From Spirochaetia bacterium (GTDB lineage: Bacteria > Spirochaetota > Spirochaetia > DSM-2461): a DNA stretch of 64,000 bases. The stretch covers positions 1,120,001-1,184,000 of the forward strand of contig OY764216.1 in the NCBI GenBank assembly GCA_963668315.1, given 5' to 3'. The first letter of the stretch is position 1. Each line of letters begins with the position of its first letter. The notes beneath the pieces were generated by a model. That model ran no database searches. It saw only the letters and a program-made list of their open reading frames with translations, and had not been told where the DNA came from. Shown here in pieces: positions 18,374 through 28,794 of this stretch. A program made the position numbers and the translations under genes.

Positions 18374-19326
18374 CAGGATCGGGGATGGTCTCCGCGAAGG
18401 AGATTTATCAGTTCCACTTTGCTGTTCACGTCGGTTTTCCTGTAAATATTCCTGATATGCGTCTGAACGGTTGCCAGGGAGATGCAAAGCTTATCCGCAA
18501 TATCCTTATACCCTTCGCCGTTAATCAGAAGGTGGATAACCTCTTCTTCTCTCGGGCTGATGGCGCAGGACTTGAGGAGTGCCGGATCGATTCTGGCCGA
18601 TGAGTCCATCTTTCGGGTTGTGGAGCTAAGTGTGAAAACCGTAAGCAGTGTGGACACGATCAGGGCATAGGCGGGCAGTACATGGAAAATACTCAGATCT
18701 CTCTGGAAATGCAGTTTACTCCAGAGGCCGTAAAGAATATCGATGAGGAATACGGCGACAATAATCAAAAGGCCTAGAGAGAACATGATGGCTTTGAGGC
18801 TGCGGTGCCGGGGCTGCCACGAAAGGACTAATGAAGTAAGGGCATAGATGGAAGAAGCCATGAAGGAGAGAAATAGGGCGAGCTGGAGAAGGCCGGTGAT
18901 CAAATCGATGGGCGAAGACAGAAAAAGGGGCGTAGCCCTCAGGAATTGCCCTCCCCCATAGAGAATGAATAGGGGGAATATGGGAAAGGCAAGAAGGGGC
19001 GGAGCTTTTCTGTCGCCGCTCCCGGGAAAGACGGCGGCGGGGATGAAAAGGAAGGAAAAGGATGAAGCTGTCAAGCCCAGAAAGAAGGTGAATTGGAAAA
19101 GCTGATAATACCTGCTTTCCGTTTCAAAGGCCTTTTGGTAATAAGCGAATATTACAAGAGAGACAGAGAGTACCATGAAGAGGAGGGAAATCTCCGTGAA
19201 GAGGATAATGCGGAAGGGGCGCCTGCCGTACCTTGCTGCCGCGAGAGCGGAAATCGCCGTTCCCGCGATGATCGCCGTATACGTGATGAACCAGAAAATA
19301 AGCTGTCCGTAGGGCATTGGCTTCAC
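18373..19326 (-). CDS. Membrane-embedded (about 7 TM) LuxR-family transcriptional regulator
   Basis: Hydrophobic N-terminal region of about 235 aa, then C-terminal ISPREEEVIHLLINGEGYKDIADKLCISLATVQTHIRNIYRK HTH. Confidence 0.9.
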   Translation of the reverse strand: MKPMPYGQLIFWFITYTAIIAGTAISALAAARYGRRPFRIILFTEISLLFMVLSVSLVIFAYYQKAFETESRYYQLFQFTFFLGLTASSFSFLFIPAAVFPGSGDRKAPPLLAFPIFPLFILYGGGQFLRATPLFLSSPIDLITGLLQLALFLSFMASSIYALTSLVLSWQPRHRSLKAIMFSLGLLIIVAVFLIDILYGLWSKLHFQRDLSIFHVLPAYALIVSTLLTVFTLSSTTRKMDSSARIDPALLKSCAISPREEEVIHLLINGEGYKDIADKLCISLATVQTHIRNIYRKTDVNSKVELINLLRGDHPRS

Positions 19327-19514
19327 TCCGGATTTGGATTGCTTCCCCGCGGAAGAACGGGGCGCGCGAGTTCATTTTTACATTTCCCGATATTTTATTC
19401 AAGAGACGTAACGGAGGCTTTCAGGAGGGTTTCACGCCGTTGGCACAACTCTGTTGGTGTATTCACACTATTGCTTCTAGTACAATGTCCTATTGCTTGT
19501 TTTGTACTATTTCG

Positions 19515-19543
19515 TTGCGGGATCTGACAAATTGCTTTATAAT
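19515..19543 (+). promoter_or_regulatory. Sigma70-type promoter of the oxidoreductase operon
   Basis: TTGCGG-17 nt-TATAAT. Confidence 0.55.
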
Positions 19544-19644
19544 GTCAATATAAAGCCGTTCCTTTCAGGATCTTTGCAAACCTCCTGCAGAGGGCGGCCG
19601 GCAGCTTCGGCGGCCACTCCGCCGGAGCTTCCCAAGGAGATGTT

Positions 19645-19860
19645 ATGGCTAAAGGAAAAGTCACCTTTATTACGGATAGATGCAAGGGCTGCGGTCTCTG
19701 CGTGAATGCCTGCCCCAAGGGCATTCTGGAAATTGACCGGAGCATAATCAATAAGAAAGGATATCAGCCGGCGCACATTGCGCGCCCCGATGAATGTATC
19801 GGCTGCGCGGCCTGCGCTCTCATGTGTCCCGATCAGGTTATTACGGTGGAAAGGGAGTAG
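19645..19860 (+). CDS. 2-oxoacid:ferredoxin oxidoreductase delta subunit (2x4Fe-4S)
   Basis: CKGCGLCVNACP and CIGCAACALMCP. Confidence 0.92.
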   Translation: MAKGKVTFITDRCKGCGLCVNACPKGILEIDRSIINKKGYQPAHIARPDECIGCAACALMCPDQVITVERE

Positions 19861-19863
19861 GCT

Positions 19864-20931
19864 ATGGCAAAAGTATTAATGAAAGGAAACGAAGCGGTGG
19901 GAGCCGCTGCGATCAAGGCGGGATGCCGCCTCTTCTGCGGTTATCCCATAACGCCCCAGAACGAGATCCCCGAGTATATGTCCCGTGAGCTTCCCAAGGT
20001 GGGCGGCACATTCATTCAGGCCGAGAGCGAAGTGGCCGCCATCAATATGGTGTACGGGGCCGCCGGTGCGGGAGCCCGGGTCATGACCTCCTCCTCCAGC
20101 CCGGGAATCGCCCTCAAGCAGGAGGGCATCAGCTATATCGCCGGTGCCGAGCTGCCCTGCGTCATCGTGAATATGATGCGCTGCGGGCCGGGACTGGGGG
20201 GCATTCAGCCCGGACAGGCCGATTACTACCAGGTGACTCGGGGCGGAGGCAACGGCGACTACAACATGCCCGTCTACGCACCCTATTCGATACAGGAGAT
20301 GGTGGATATCATCTCCGACGCCTTTGATCTGGCCGATAAGTACCGCACTCCCGTCATGATCTGCGGCGACGGCATGCTGGGACAGATGATGGAGGCGGTA
20401 GAGTTTCCTGATAAGGATGTTCCTGTTCCCGCACCGGAGGATAAAGCCTGGGCAACCACCGGAACGAAGGGTAAGCGCAAGCCGAATATCATCAACTCCC
20501 TCGACATAATTCCGGAGAGCCTGGAAGACCACTGCCTGGCCCTGGACGCCAAATGGCAGAAGATAAAGAAAGAGGAGTGCCGCGTCGAGCTGATCGGCGT
20601 GGAGGATGCGGATATCGTCATAACCGCCTACGGAACCATGGCCCGTATCGCCATGAACGCCCGCAAGGCGCTGGCCGAAGAGGGCATCAAGATGGGAATC
20701 ATACGTCCCATTACGATATGGCCCTATCCTTACCACGCCTTCGACGGCATAGGTAAGGACTGCAAGGCCGTCCTGTGTGTGGAAATGAGCATGGGGCAGA
20801 TGCTGGATGATGTGAAAATTGGCGTGAGCGGACGTTACCCCGTACATTTTTACGGCCGCACGGGCGGGATCGTTCCCCTGCAGGAAGAGATCGTCGAAGA
20901 AGTGAAGAAAATATTGGGAGGTGCCCAATGA
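19864..20931 (+). CDS. vorB: 2-oxoacid (3-methyl-2-oxobutanoate-type) ferredoxin oxidoreductase alpha subunit
   Basis: [28 protein letters not shown] motifs. Confidence 0.9.
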   Translation: MAKVLMKGNEAVGAAAIKAGCRLFCGYPITPQNEIPEYMSRELPKVGGTFIQAESEVAAINMVYGAAGAGARVMTSSSSPGIALKQEGISYIAGAELPCVIVNMMRCGPGLGGIQPGQADYYQVTRGGGNGDYNMPVYAPYSIQEMVDIISDAFDLADKYRTPVMICGDGMLGQMMEAVEFPDKDVPVPAPEDKAWATTGTKGKRKPNIINSLDIIPESLEDHCLALDAKWQKIKKEECRVELIGVEDADIVITAYGTMARIAMNARKALAEEGIKMGIIRPITIWPYPYHAFDGIGKDCKAVLCVEMSMGQMLDDVKIGVSGRYPVHFYGRTGGIVPLQEEIVEEVKKILGGAQ

Positions 20932-21671
20932 GTACCGTTTTTTCTAGAACCGAGGGGCTGGTAGACACCCCCACCCACTACTGTCCCGGGTGTACCCACG
21001 GGATCATACACAGGCTGATAGGCGAAACCCTGGAAGAACTGGGCGTTCTGGGCCATGCGGTGGGCATCGCCCCCGTGGGATGCGCCGTCTTCGCCTACGA
21101 CTACTTCAACTGCGACATGCAGGAAGCGGCCCACGGCCGGGCGCCGGCCGTAGCCACCGGCATCAAGCGCACCCTGCCGGGCAACGTGGTCTTCACCTAT
21201 CAGGGAGACGGAGACCTGGCCGCCATCGGTACGGCCGAGACGGTCCACGCCGCCGCCAGGGGCGAAAACATCACGGTTATATTTGTCAATAACGCCATAT
21301 ACGGCATGACCGGAGGCCAAATGGCGCCCACCACTCTGGTGGGACAGAAATCCACCACCAGTCCCCTGGGACGGAAAAAGGAACTCCAGGGAAGCCCCAT
21401 ACGCATGTGCGAAATGCTGGCCACCCTGGACGGCCCGGCCTTTCTGGAACGGGTCTCCGTGCATAATCCGGCCAACGTCAGAAAAGCCAAGAAAGCCATC
21501 AAATCCGCTTTCGAAGCCCAGATCGCCAAAAAAGGGTTCTCCATGGTCGAAGTGCTCTCCACCTGTCCCACCAACTGGGGAATGAGCCCGGTGAAATCTC
21601 TTGAATGGCTGGAAGAGAACATGATGCCCTATTATCCTCTGGGAAATTATAAGAACTGGGAGGAAGAGTAA
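20928..21671 (+). CDS. 2-oxoacid:ferredoxin oxidoreductase beta subunit (TPP-binding)
   Basis: HYCPGC, GDGD...[16 protein letters not shown]. Confidence 0.92.
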   Translation: MSTVFSRTEGLVDTPTHYCPGCTHGIIHRLIGETLEELGVLGHAVGIAPVGCAVFAYDYFNCDMQEAAHGRAPAVATGIKRTLPGNVVFTYQGDGDLAAIGTAETVHAAARGENITVIFVNNAIYGMTGGQMAPTTLVGQKSTTSPLGRKKELQGSPIRMCEMLATLDGPAFLERVSVHNPANVRKAKKAIKSAFEAQIAKKGFSMVEVLSTCPTNWGMSPVKSLEWLEENMMPYYPLGNYKNWEEE

Positions 21672-22219
21672 TGGGAAAGTCGATTAACGAAGAGATCATT
21701 ATAGCCGGTTTCGGCGGTCAGGGCGTCCTGTCCATGGGAATGCTTCTGGTTTACGCCGGAATGGTGGAAGGGAAAAACGTCTCATGGCTTCCCAGCTACG
21801 GCCCCGAAATGCGCGGTGGCACGGCCAACTGCAATGTCATCATTTCCGACGATATGGTGGGAAGCCCTGTTATATCCCAGGCGGATACCCTCATTGCCAT
21901 GAATCTTCCCTCTCTGGAGAAATTCGAATCCCGGGTTAAACCGGGCGGGAGAATCCTGGTAAACAGCGATCTGATCGATAAAAAGGTATCCCGTACCGAT
22001 GTGGAAGTATCCTACCTGCCGGTCAATACGACGGCCATGGCGGGCGGCGGATCGGACAAGGCGGCGAATGTGGTCATGCTGGGGGCTTATACGGCCTTAA
22101 CAGGATTCCCCGGAAAAGAAGCGGTTTTCCAGGCCTTTCATAAGGTCTTCGGAGAGAAGAAAGCCCATCTTATCCCCATGAACGAGGAAGCCTTTAACGA
22201 AGGGGCCGGACTGATTTAA
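21671..22219 (+). CDS. 2-oxoacid:ferredoxin oxidoreductase gamma subunit
   Basis: AGFGGQG, PSYGPEMRGG, ANVVMLGA. Confidence 0.92.
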   Translation: MGKSINEEIIIAGFGGQGVLSMGMLLVYAGMVEGKNVSWLPSYGPEMRGGTANCNVIISDDMVGSPVISQADTLIAMNLPSLEKFESRVKPGGRILVNSDLIDKKVSRTDVEVSYLPVNTTAMAGGGSDKAANVVMLGAYTALTGFPGKEAVFQAFHKVFGEKKAHLIPMNEEAFNEGAGLI

Positions 22220-22242
22220 GCCGTGAATAGACCATTCGGGCG

Positions 22243-22276
22243 AAAAGGACAGGGTTATATCTCCTGTCCTTTTTTT
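22243..22276 (+). terminator. Rho-independent terminator
   Basis: AAAAGGACAGG...CCTGTCCTTTT stem with a T-run. Confidence 0.85.
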
Positions 22277-22377
22277 ATTTTGTCTTTTTTCTTAATATGA
22301 GGTATAACCTATAGTTAGGAGAGAAAAATGAAACGCCCCGTCCAGATCCCCCTCTTCAGGGGAAAAAGGAATAAAAA

Positions 22378-23271
22378 ATGAAAAAAGTGTTATTATCTGC
22401 CGTTCTGCTTCTCGTTCAGCTTTCTGTCTGGGCTAAAGCTCCCGAATGGGTGACCCATCTTCCTTTTACGGAGGATGCTTTCTGGGGAGTCGGTTCGGGA
22501 GAGTCTCTGGAAATCGCCGTGGACAAAGGAAAGCAGGATATACTCATGCAGCTGTGCAGCCAGGTCGAAGCGGTGATTTCCATGGAAACGCGCAGCGACG
22601 GAGGCGAAGAAAGGGTAACGGAAAAACTGGATGCCGTGATCGGCGGCAATTCGCTCCGGGGAGCCTCGGTTGAATCGACCTACGAAGAGGACGGCCGCTA
22701 CTGGGTTCTGATGAAGTACTGCGACGATTGCGGGCAGATGCTCGTAGGAAGCGCCCTGCAGTGTTTTGAGGATGAGCTGAGTTCCGATGTGGAGGATATT
22801 ATGGTCCGCTTCGAGGATAAGACGACCTTTCAGGCCGTCATGCTGGAACGGAGACTTCAAGAGCTGAGTCTGGAAGATTACCGGTCCGATGATCTCTCCC
22901 TTATCCTGGATGGGAAGCAGATCGTGATCATGATCATGAATTTCCTTCCCAATGACGATACCCTGACCCCATCCCAGGAGGAAGGGCTGGCCCAGCTGAG
23001 CCGAGGGCTTCTTTCCGAGCTGGAGAGCATGAATTACACCGGTGTTTCCATCGTGGGCCATGCCAATCCCATGGGGGAGGCCGATGAAGAGGCGGAATTG
23101 AGGGAACTGTCCCGTAAAAGAGCCCAGACAATGGCCGATTTCCTCCGGGCCGCGGGTGTCGTCGTTTCCGATGTCTCCTGGAGGGGGGGAGAGGAGAGGA
23201 TTGCCGATGGTTCCACCAAGAAAGGCCGCAGCCGCAACAGGCGGGTCGAAATCTTTGTCGAGTTCGAGTAG
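22378..23271 (+). CDS. Exported LPP20-like plus OmpA-C (peptidoglycan-binding) domain protein
   Basis: Signal peptide, APEWV...FWGVGSG (LPP20-like); C-terminal IVGHAN...LSRKRAQTMADFL...NRRVEI. Confidence 0.75.
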   Translation: MKKVLLSAVLLLVQLSVWAKAPEWVTHLPFTEDAFWGVGSGESLEIAVDKGKQDILMQLCSQVEAVISMETRSDGGEERVTEKLDAVIGGNSLRGASVESTYEEDGRYWVLMKYCDDCGQMLVGSALQCFEDELSSDVEDIMVRFEDKTTFQAVMLERRLQELSLEDYRSDDLSLILDGKQIVIMIMNFLPNDDTLTPSQEEGLAQLSRGLLSELESMNYTGVSIVGHANPMGEADEEAELRELSRKRAQTMADFLRAAGVVVSDVSWRGGEERIADGSTKKGRSRNRRVEIFVEFE

Positions 23272-23286
23272 GGGGAAGGGGCTCCT

Positions 23287-24063
23287 CTAGAAGAACATTC
23301 TCACCGTGCCGAAGATGGTTACCAGAATGATCAGAAGGCGGAAGAGCTTATCCGGGATTTTATTCAGCAGAGCGAATCCCAGGGCGATTCCTACAAATAC
23401 CATGGGAACCAGGGTCAGGGAGAGCCGCAGGGTATCCTCTTTGATCGTATTCCAGAAGAAGATGTGAATGGGAAGCTTAAGCACATTCACAATGAAGAAG
23501 AACACTGCTCCCGTGCCGATGAATATTTTCTTGGGAAGATCCAGAGCCAGCAGATAGGCCGCCATAATCGGTCCGGGGGCGTTCCCCAGCATGGAGGAAA
23601 TTCCCCCCAGCAGTCCCGCTCCGTAGTGGATCAGCCTGTTGTCGGGGAGTTTGAGGTCGGAACCGTTGATCTCCTTCCAGATCATGAATACCAGGCAGAT
23701 GGATACGATAACCGCCAGGATAAGGAGAAAAATCCTGTCCGGAACAATATTGCCCAGCAGCATGCCCGCAATCAATCCTATAATGGCCATGGGAAGCATC
23801 TTCTTCAGATAAGAGAAGCCCACATGCCCGCGGTAGATGATGAGGGAGCAGATGTCCCCGACGACCAGCATGGGAAGGATGACGCCCGTTGAAACCCGGG
23901 CGCCCAGAGCATTGGCGAAAAGGGGAATCGCAATTATTCCGATCCCCCTGAGTCCTGCCTTGTCCATTCCCATGAACATCGTCCCAACTGCCAGAATCAG
24001 CCACTGACTGAGTGTGGGAGATCCGGGCAATCGGGATAGAAAATCGGAAAAAATATCCAGCAT
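23287..24063 (-). CDS. TauE/SafE (TSUP) family membrane transporter
   Basis: About 8 TMs, GMDKAGLRGIG and GGISSMLGNAPGP. Confidence 0.85.
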   Translation of the reverse strand: MLDIFSDFLSRLPGSPTLSQWLILAVGTMFMGMDKAGLRGIGIIAIPLFANALGARVSTGVILPMLVVGDICSLIIYRGHVGFSYLKKMLPMAIIGLIAGMLLGNIVPDRIFLLILAVIVSICLVFMIWKEINGSDLKLPDNRLIHYGAGLLGGISSMLGNAPGPIMAAYLLALDLPKKIFIGTGAVFFFIVNVLKLPIHIFFWNTIKEDTLRLSLTLVPMVFVGIALGFALLNKIPDKLFRLLIILVTIFGTVRMFF

Positions 24064-25253
24064 TATTTGCCTAGCGAGTCCAGAAGGTCCAGACCGCTGA
24101 AGACGAAAAAGCCGATACCCACGGGAAAGGATTCCTCATCCACATCAAAGAGGGGATGGTGGTTGGCATACACAATGCCCTTTTCCTCGTTGCCCGCACC
24201 CAGAGTAATAAACGTACCGGGAGCCTTATCCAGATAGGCCGAGAAATCCTCTCCTCCCATCATCTGTTTGGCGGGGATTATGGCGGATTCCCCGTAGACT
24301 CTGGTCATGGTTTTCTTCACCGAATCGGTGGTTTCCTGGTCATTGATTACCGCTTTGTAGGTAAACTCGAAGGAGATCTCATACTCCGCTCCGTGGGCAT
24401 CGGTCACGCCTTTGACAATCCGCTCGATGAAGGGGGGGATCTTTTCCCGGAAATCTTCGGTGACGCCCCGCCCGTTGAGGCCGATAACGGCATAGTCGGG
24501 AATCACATTGAAAGCTTCCCCGGGGGTATTGAACCGGGTGGCGCCCAGGACGAGGGGTTCGAAGGCTCCGGAATACCGGGCAACCACGTGCTGAATATTC
24601 AGAACAACCTGGGCTCCGATGGAAACGGGGTCTATACAGTGTTCGGGCATGGAGGAGTGGCCGCCCTTGCCCTTGATTTTTATTTCGCAGTTCATTCCGT
24701 CCGCCGTCATGGCGCCGTAGCCGATACCGATCTGTCCGCAGGGATTCATGGGGCTGATATGAAGACCGATGACCCGGTCAACGCCTTCCATCACGCCGGC
24801 GTCCACCATCTGGGAGGCTCCTCCGGGGGGAAGTTCTTCGGCATGCTGGAAGAAAAAGCGGAACTCGCCTTTAATCTGATCCTTCATTCCCGAAAGAATC
24901 TTGGCGGCACCCAGCAGCATGGCCGCATGGGTATCGTGTCCGCAGGCGTGCATGGCGCCGTCATTGGCCGAGGCGTAGTCGGCCGTGCTGTTCTCCTGCA
25001 TGGCCAGGGCGTCGATGTCGGCGCGCATGGCCACAACGGGACCGGAGGGGTCGCCGATAAGACGGGCCATGACGCTGGTTTCCGTCGGTCTGGAGAGTTC
25101 AAAGTTTCCGAAAGATTCAAGCTTCTCATAGATAAACTTGGATGTTTCGAACTCTTTGAACGAGAGCTCGGGGTTCTTATGAATATGCCGTCTCCATGCG
25201 ATTACGTCATCTTTGATAGATTCAATTGCTTCTTGTAATTCTTTATCTGACAT
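24063..25253 (-). CDS. M20D family amidohydrolase
   Basis: RRHIHKNPELSFKE, RADIDAL, MHACGHD, QHAEE, GGEDFS, HHP. Confidence 0.93.
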   Translation of the reverse strand: MSDKELQEAIESIKDDVIAWRRHIHKNPELSFKEFETSKFIYEKLESFGNFELSRPTETSVMARLIGDPSGPVVAMRADIDALAMQENSTADYASANDGAMHACGHDTHAAMLLGAAKILSGMKDQIKGEFRFFFQHAEELPPGGASQMVDAGVMEGVDRVIGLHISPMNPCGQIGIGYGAMTADGMNCEIKIKGKGGHSSMPEHCIDPVSIGAQVVLNIQHVVARYSGAFEPLVLGATRFNTPGEAFNVIPDYAVIGLNGRGVTEDFREKIPPFIERIVKGVTDAHGAEYEISFEFTYKAVINDQETTDSVKKTMTRVYGESAIIPAKQMMGGEDFSAYLDKAPGTFITLGAGNEEKGIVYANHHPLFDVDEESFPVGIGFFVFSGLDLLDSLGK

Positions 25254-25313
25254 CGTTGTTATCCTATATTAATGACGGGACCCGGCATAACCGGGCCCCG
25301 AAAATGCTTTTTT

Positions 25314-26933
25314 TTATTCAGCCAGGTCCCATTCGTTCACGTCATAGAACGTGCCGTAGAAACGGGGCTCACCCTTGATGAGTTTGTTGGAAACACCAAG
25401 GAGCTCCTGGTAGGAGTACAGGGTGATGAGGGGGAGTTCCTCATGCATGATTTTCTGAATCTCGTTGTAGTAGGTTCTCCGCACGGCGGGATCCGGCTCG
25501 ATCCGTCCCTTGACAAAGTAATCGCTGAACTCTTTGTTGTGGTAGTCGGAAAAGTTCAGACCGGCACCCTCTTCAACCATGACGGAGATTCCATCGGGGT
25601 CGAGGAGGAAGTTGTTGCCGATGAGGAGCAGATCGAAGTCATGTACTCTTCCCTTCTGCATGATGGTGGGGAAGTCGTACTTGGTCATCTCGATCTTCAG
25701 ACCTATCTCGGTGAGATTCTGGGTGATGATGTTGGCGGACTGCTCGCGGTCCTTGTTTCCGATGGGAACCACAAGGTTGATGGTTCTGTCGAAGTCCCAG
25801 CCGGCCTCTTCCAGCATGGCCTTGGCCTTGCCGGGATCATAGGTGTACTGTGGGATATCCTTGTTCAGGTAGGGGTTCAGAGAGGTGTAGGGGGGGTCCA
25901 CGACTTCGCCCGATCCTTTCAGAAGCTTGTTCAGAATGGTCTCTCTGTCCAGAGCGTATACGATAGCCTGGCGGACTTTGGGATCGGTGATGGTGCCCAC
26001 GTTGAAGAGCATCATCTGAACACTGGTGTTGGGTTCGGTCTTGGTCCAGATGCCGTCCATCTCCTTAACCGTGTCAAAGTCGGTACTGGGGAAAAGACCG
26101 ATTCCGAGACCGGTGTTGAAGTGGATCTCTCCCGTTTCCAGCTGGGTGGCCAGGTTGGTGGAGGGAACGAGTTTGATGTACATGTTCTTGATCTTGGGAG
26201 CGCCGCGGTAGTAGTCCTCGTTGGCAACGTACTGAACGAACTGGTCCTTTTCGTAGGTTACGAATTTGTAGGGACCGCTGGTTACGTCGGGAGCCAGGAA
26301 GTAGGGGAGCTGTGCGAACTCGGCGGGATCGGCATCCTTGAGCACGTGCTTGGGAAGGATGAAGAGCTTGGTTCCGAGCTGTTCCCGGATCATGTTCAAG
26401 TCGATGGCCTGCTTCAGGGTGATCTCGAGGGATTTCTCGTCGAGAACCTTGATGGAAGAGAGTTCGGTTTCTCCCTCGGGGAGTTTGCCGTTCTCGGCAA
26501 GACCGGCGAACTGAGCGATATAGGTACCGATGTTCGTTTCGGTTTTGGGATTGGCGAGAAGGTTCAGGGTAAAGGCCACGTCTTCGGCGGTGATAGATTC
26601 GCCGTCGGTCCATTTTGCCTTGTCGTTGAGTTTGATATAAAGGGTCGTGGGATCCTTCAGCTCAAAGGTATCGGCCAGCATGGGCTCGAATTCGAGGGGT
26701 TTTACCATGCCGAGCAGAGAGTCGAACATGGGGCCCTGGTCATACTGGGACCCGATGTCCGGTGAATTCAGGGGGTTGAAGGTGATCGGGGGATTGACCT
26801 GTCCGATATAGATGGTCTTTTCCGCCGCCGCTTCATCTCCGCCGGAGCAGGACGCCAGTCCGGCAAAGAGAAGTACTGCCGATAAAACTGTTACGCTCAG
26901 TTTTATCCCATTGCTGAAAAATCGTTTTTTCAT
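25314..26933 (-). CDS. ABC transporter substrate-binding lipoprotein, family 5 (OppA/DppA-like)
   Basis: Lipobox GLASC; AKWTDGESITAEDVAFT, SGPYKF, VRQAIVYALDR. Confidence 0.93.
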   Translation of the reverse strand: MKKRFFSNGIKLSVTVLSAVLLFAGLASCSGGDEAAAEKTIYIGQVNPPITFNPLNSPDIGSQYDQGPMFDSLLGMVKPLEFEPMLADTFELKDPTTLYIKLNDKAKWTDGESITAEDVAFTLNLLANPKTETNIGTYIAQFAGLAENGKLPEGETELSSIKVLDEKSLEITLKQAIDLNMIREQLGTKLFILPKHVLKDADPAEFAQLPYFLAPDVTSGPYKFVTYEKDQFVQYVANEDYYRGAPKIKNMYIKLVPSTNLATQLETGEIHFNTGLGIGLFPSTDFDTVKEMDGIWTKTEPNTSVQMMLFNVGTITDPKVRQAIVYALDRETILNKLLKGSGEVVDPPYTSLNPYLNKDIPQYTYDPGKAKAMLEEAGWDFDRTINLVVPIGNKDREQSANIITQNLTEIGLKIEMTKYDFPTIMQKGRVHDFDLLLIGNNFLLDPDGISVMVEEGAGLNFSDYHNKEFSDYFVKGRIEPDPAVRRTYYNEIQKIMHEELPLITLYSYQELLGVSNKLIKGEPRFYGTFYDVNEWDLAE

Positions 26934-26973
26934 TTTTATAAGTTCTCCTTTATTGGTTTACTTTCTTCTTATA

Positions 26974-27834
26974 TTATTGAACTTTTTTCGGGTCCAGGGC
27001 ATCGCGCAGCCCGTCTCCGATAAAGTTGATTGACAATACGGTGATGACGATCATCAGACCCGCCGGAATCCACATCCAGGGCTCCTTGGCGAGAATCGTC
27101 ATGGACTGGGCGTCGGTGAGGATATTACCCCAGGTCGCCGTGGGAGGCTGGACTCCCATACCCAGAAAGCTGAGGGACGATTCCATCAGGATGGCGCTGG
27201 AAACACCGAAGGTCGCGTTGACGATGACCGGCGCCAGGATATTGGGCAGGATATGCTTGAAGATCAGTCTCTTGTGGGAATACCCCAGGACGATGCCCGC
27301 TTTGACGTAGTCCGATTCCTTGACGGTCAGGATGCTTCCCCTTATCAGTCTGGCAACGCCCGGCCAGCCGAGGAGTCCCAGGGACAGGATGACGTTGAAC
27401 GTGGACGGTCCCAGGATACTTACCAGAACCAGGATGACCATGATCTGGGGAAAGGACATGATAATATCGGTGAAGCGCATGATCAGCATATTCAGCTTGC
27501 CCCCGAAATACCCGGAGAGGACCCCCATGATACCGCCGATGATCACGTAGATAATCACGGTCCCGACACCGATGATGAGGGACACCCGGGAACCGTACAG
27601 AATACGGCTCAGGACGTCTCTTCCCACGGGATCCGTTCCCAGGGGATGCTCGGCGGAGGGGGCCGCTTCAAAGGTATCGCTTACCTCGTAGGGGCTGTGG
27701 GGAGCCAGAAGAGGGGCGAAAATGGCGGAAAGGACAATCAGAGAGAAGATAATACTGCCGATCATCGCCGGTTTATGTCTTAAAAATCGTCTGAGGACGG
27801 AATTGGTTGGCTGTGTTTTTTCTGTTTTACTCAT
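26974..27834 (-). CDS. Peptide ABC transporter permease (OppC/DppC-like)
   Basis: HPLGTDPVGRDVLSR, GDGLRDALDPK. Confidence 0.93.
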   Translation of the reverse strand: MSKTEKTQPTNSVLRRFLRHKPAMIGSIIFSLIVLSAIFAPLLAPHSPYEVSDTFEAAPSAEHPLGTDPVGRDVLSRILYGSRVSLIIGVGTVIIYVIIGGIMGVLSGYFGGKLNMLIMRFTDIIMSFPQIMVILVLVSILGPSTFNVILSLGLLGWPGVARLIRGSILTVKESDYVKAGIVLGYSHKRLIFKHILPNILAPVIVNATFGVSSAILMESSLSFLGMGVQPPTATWGNILTDAQSMTILAKEPWMWIPAGLMIVITVLSINFIGDGLRDALDPKKVQ

Positions 27835-27846
27835 ATCGGGAATTCC

Positions 27847-28791
27847 TTATTCTTTAATTCTCGGATCTGTAACCAGATAGGCCAGATCGGTCAGGAGGTT
27901 GGCACCTATGACAAACAGGGCTGATATCAGGTTGATGGCCATGAGGACGGGATAGTCACGGGAGCCGATGGACTGAATGGTCAGCTGTCCGATACCGGGC
28001 CACTGAAAAATCTGTTCCGTAACAACCGCTCCGCCTATCAGCAGGGGAATATCCAGGCCGATTACCGTAATGATGGGAATCAGGGCATTTTTCAGCGCAT
28101 GTCTCAGAATCACGATCCATTCGCTCAGCCCTTTGGAGCGGGCCGTTCTGAGATAGTCCTGGTTAAGAACATCCAGCATGCTCGATCTTACGTAGCGGAC
28201 CATCTTTCCGGCGATAGCCATGGCCAGTACGAATACGGGCAGAATCAGGTGCTCAATGCGGTCGCCGATATCCATTCCCTTTCCCAGGCTGTACATGTTT
28301 CCCGTAGGAAGCAGATGCAGTTTGAGCGAGAAAATGTAGATCCCGAACATGCCGAAGAAAAAGGGCGGCACGGATATTCCGAGAAAGGAGAGTCCCGTCA
28401 CACCGTGGTCCAGAAGGGAGTACTGCTTCGTGGCGCTCAGGATACCGATCGGAATGGCGATGATGTAGGCTACCAGCATGGCGATTCCCATGAGAAGCAG
28501 GGTCGGTCCGATTCTGTCGGCCATGATATCCTTGACCGGTTCATAGCTCGAATAGGAGTATCCCAGGTCTCCCTGTATGACCTTTCCGAGCCAGACGCCG
28601 TACTGGTAAAGAACCGGTTTGTCCAGTCCCATGGCCGCCCTTTTCTGGGCGAGGTCTTCCTCGGTGGCGTAGGGGTTCATGTAGGCGTCTACCGGATCTC
28701 CCGGTGCCATGGACATGATGAGGAAGTTGAACAGGGTGACAAAAAATAAAATGGGTATGGTAAGAAGCAGTCTGTGTCGCAGTTTATTCAT
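27847..28791 (-). CDS. Peptide ABC transporter permease (OppB/DppB-like)
   Basis: PGDPV, GDLGYS, DYLRTARSKGL...HALKNALIP. Confidence 0.93.
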   Translation of the reverse strand: MNKLRHRLLLTIPILFFVTLFNFLIMSMAPGDPVDAYMNPYATEEDLAQKRAAMGLDKPVLYQYGVWLGKVIQGDLGYSYSSYEPVKDIMADRIGPTLLLMGIAMLVAYIIAIPIGILSATKQYSLLDHGVTGLSFLGISVPPFFFGMFGIYIFSLKLHLLPTGNMYSLGKGMDIGDRIEHLILPVFVLAMAIAGKMVRYVRSSMLDVLNQDYLRTARSKGLSEWIVILRHALKNALIPIITVIGLDIPLLIGGAVVTEQIFQWPGIGQLTIQSIGSRDYPVLMAINLISALFVIGANLLTDLAYLVTDPRIKE

Positions 28792-28794
28792 GAT

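Noticed and set aside
19440..19458. TTGGCAC resembling a sigma54 -24 element
   Set aside because: No GC at the -12 position (GG-N10 is followed by TT).
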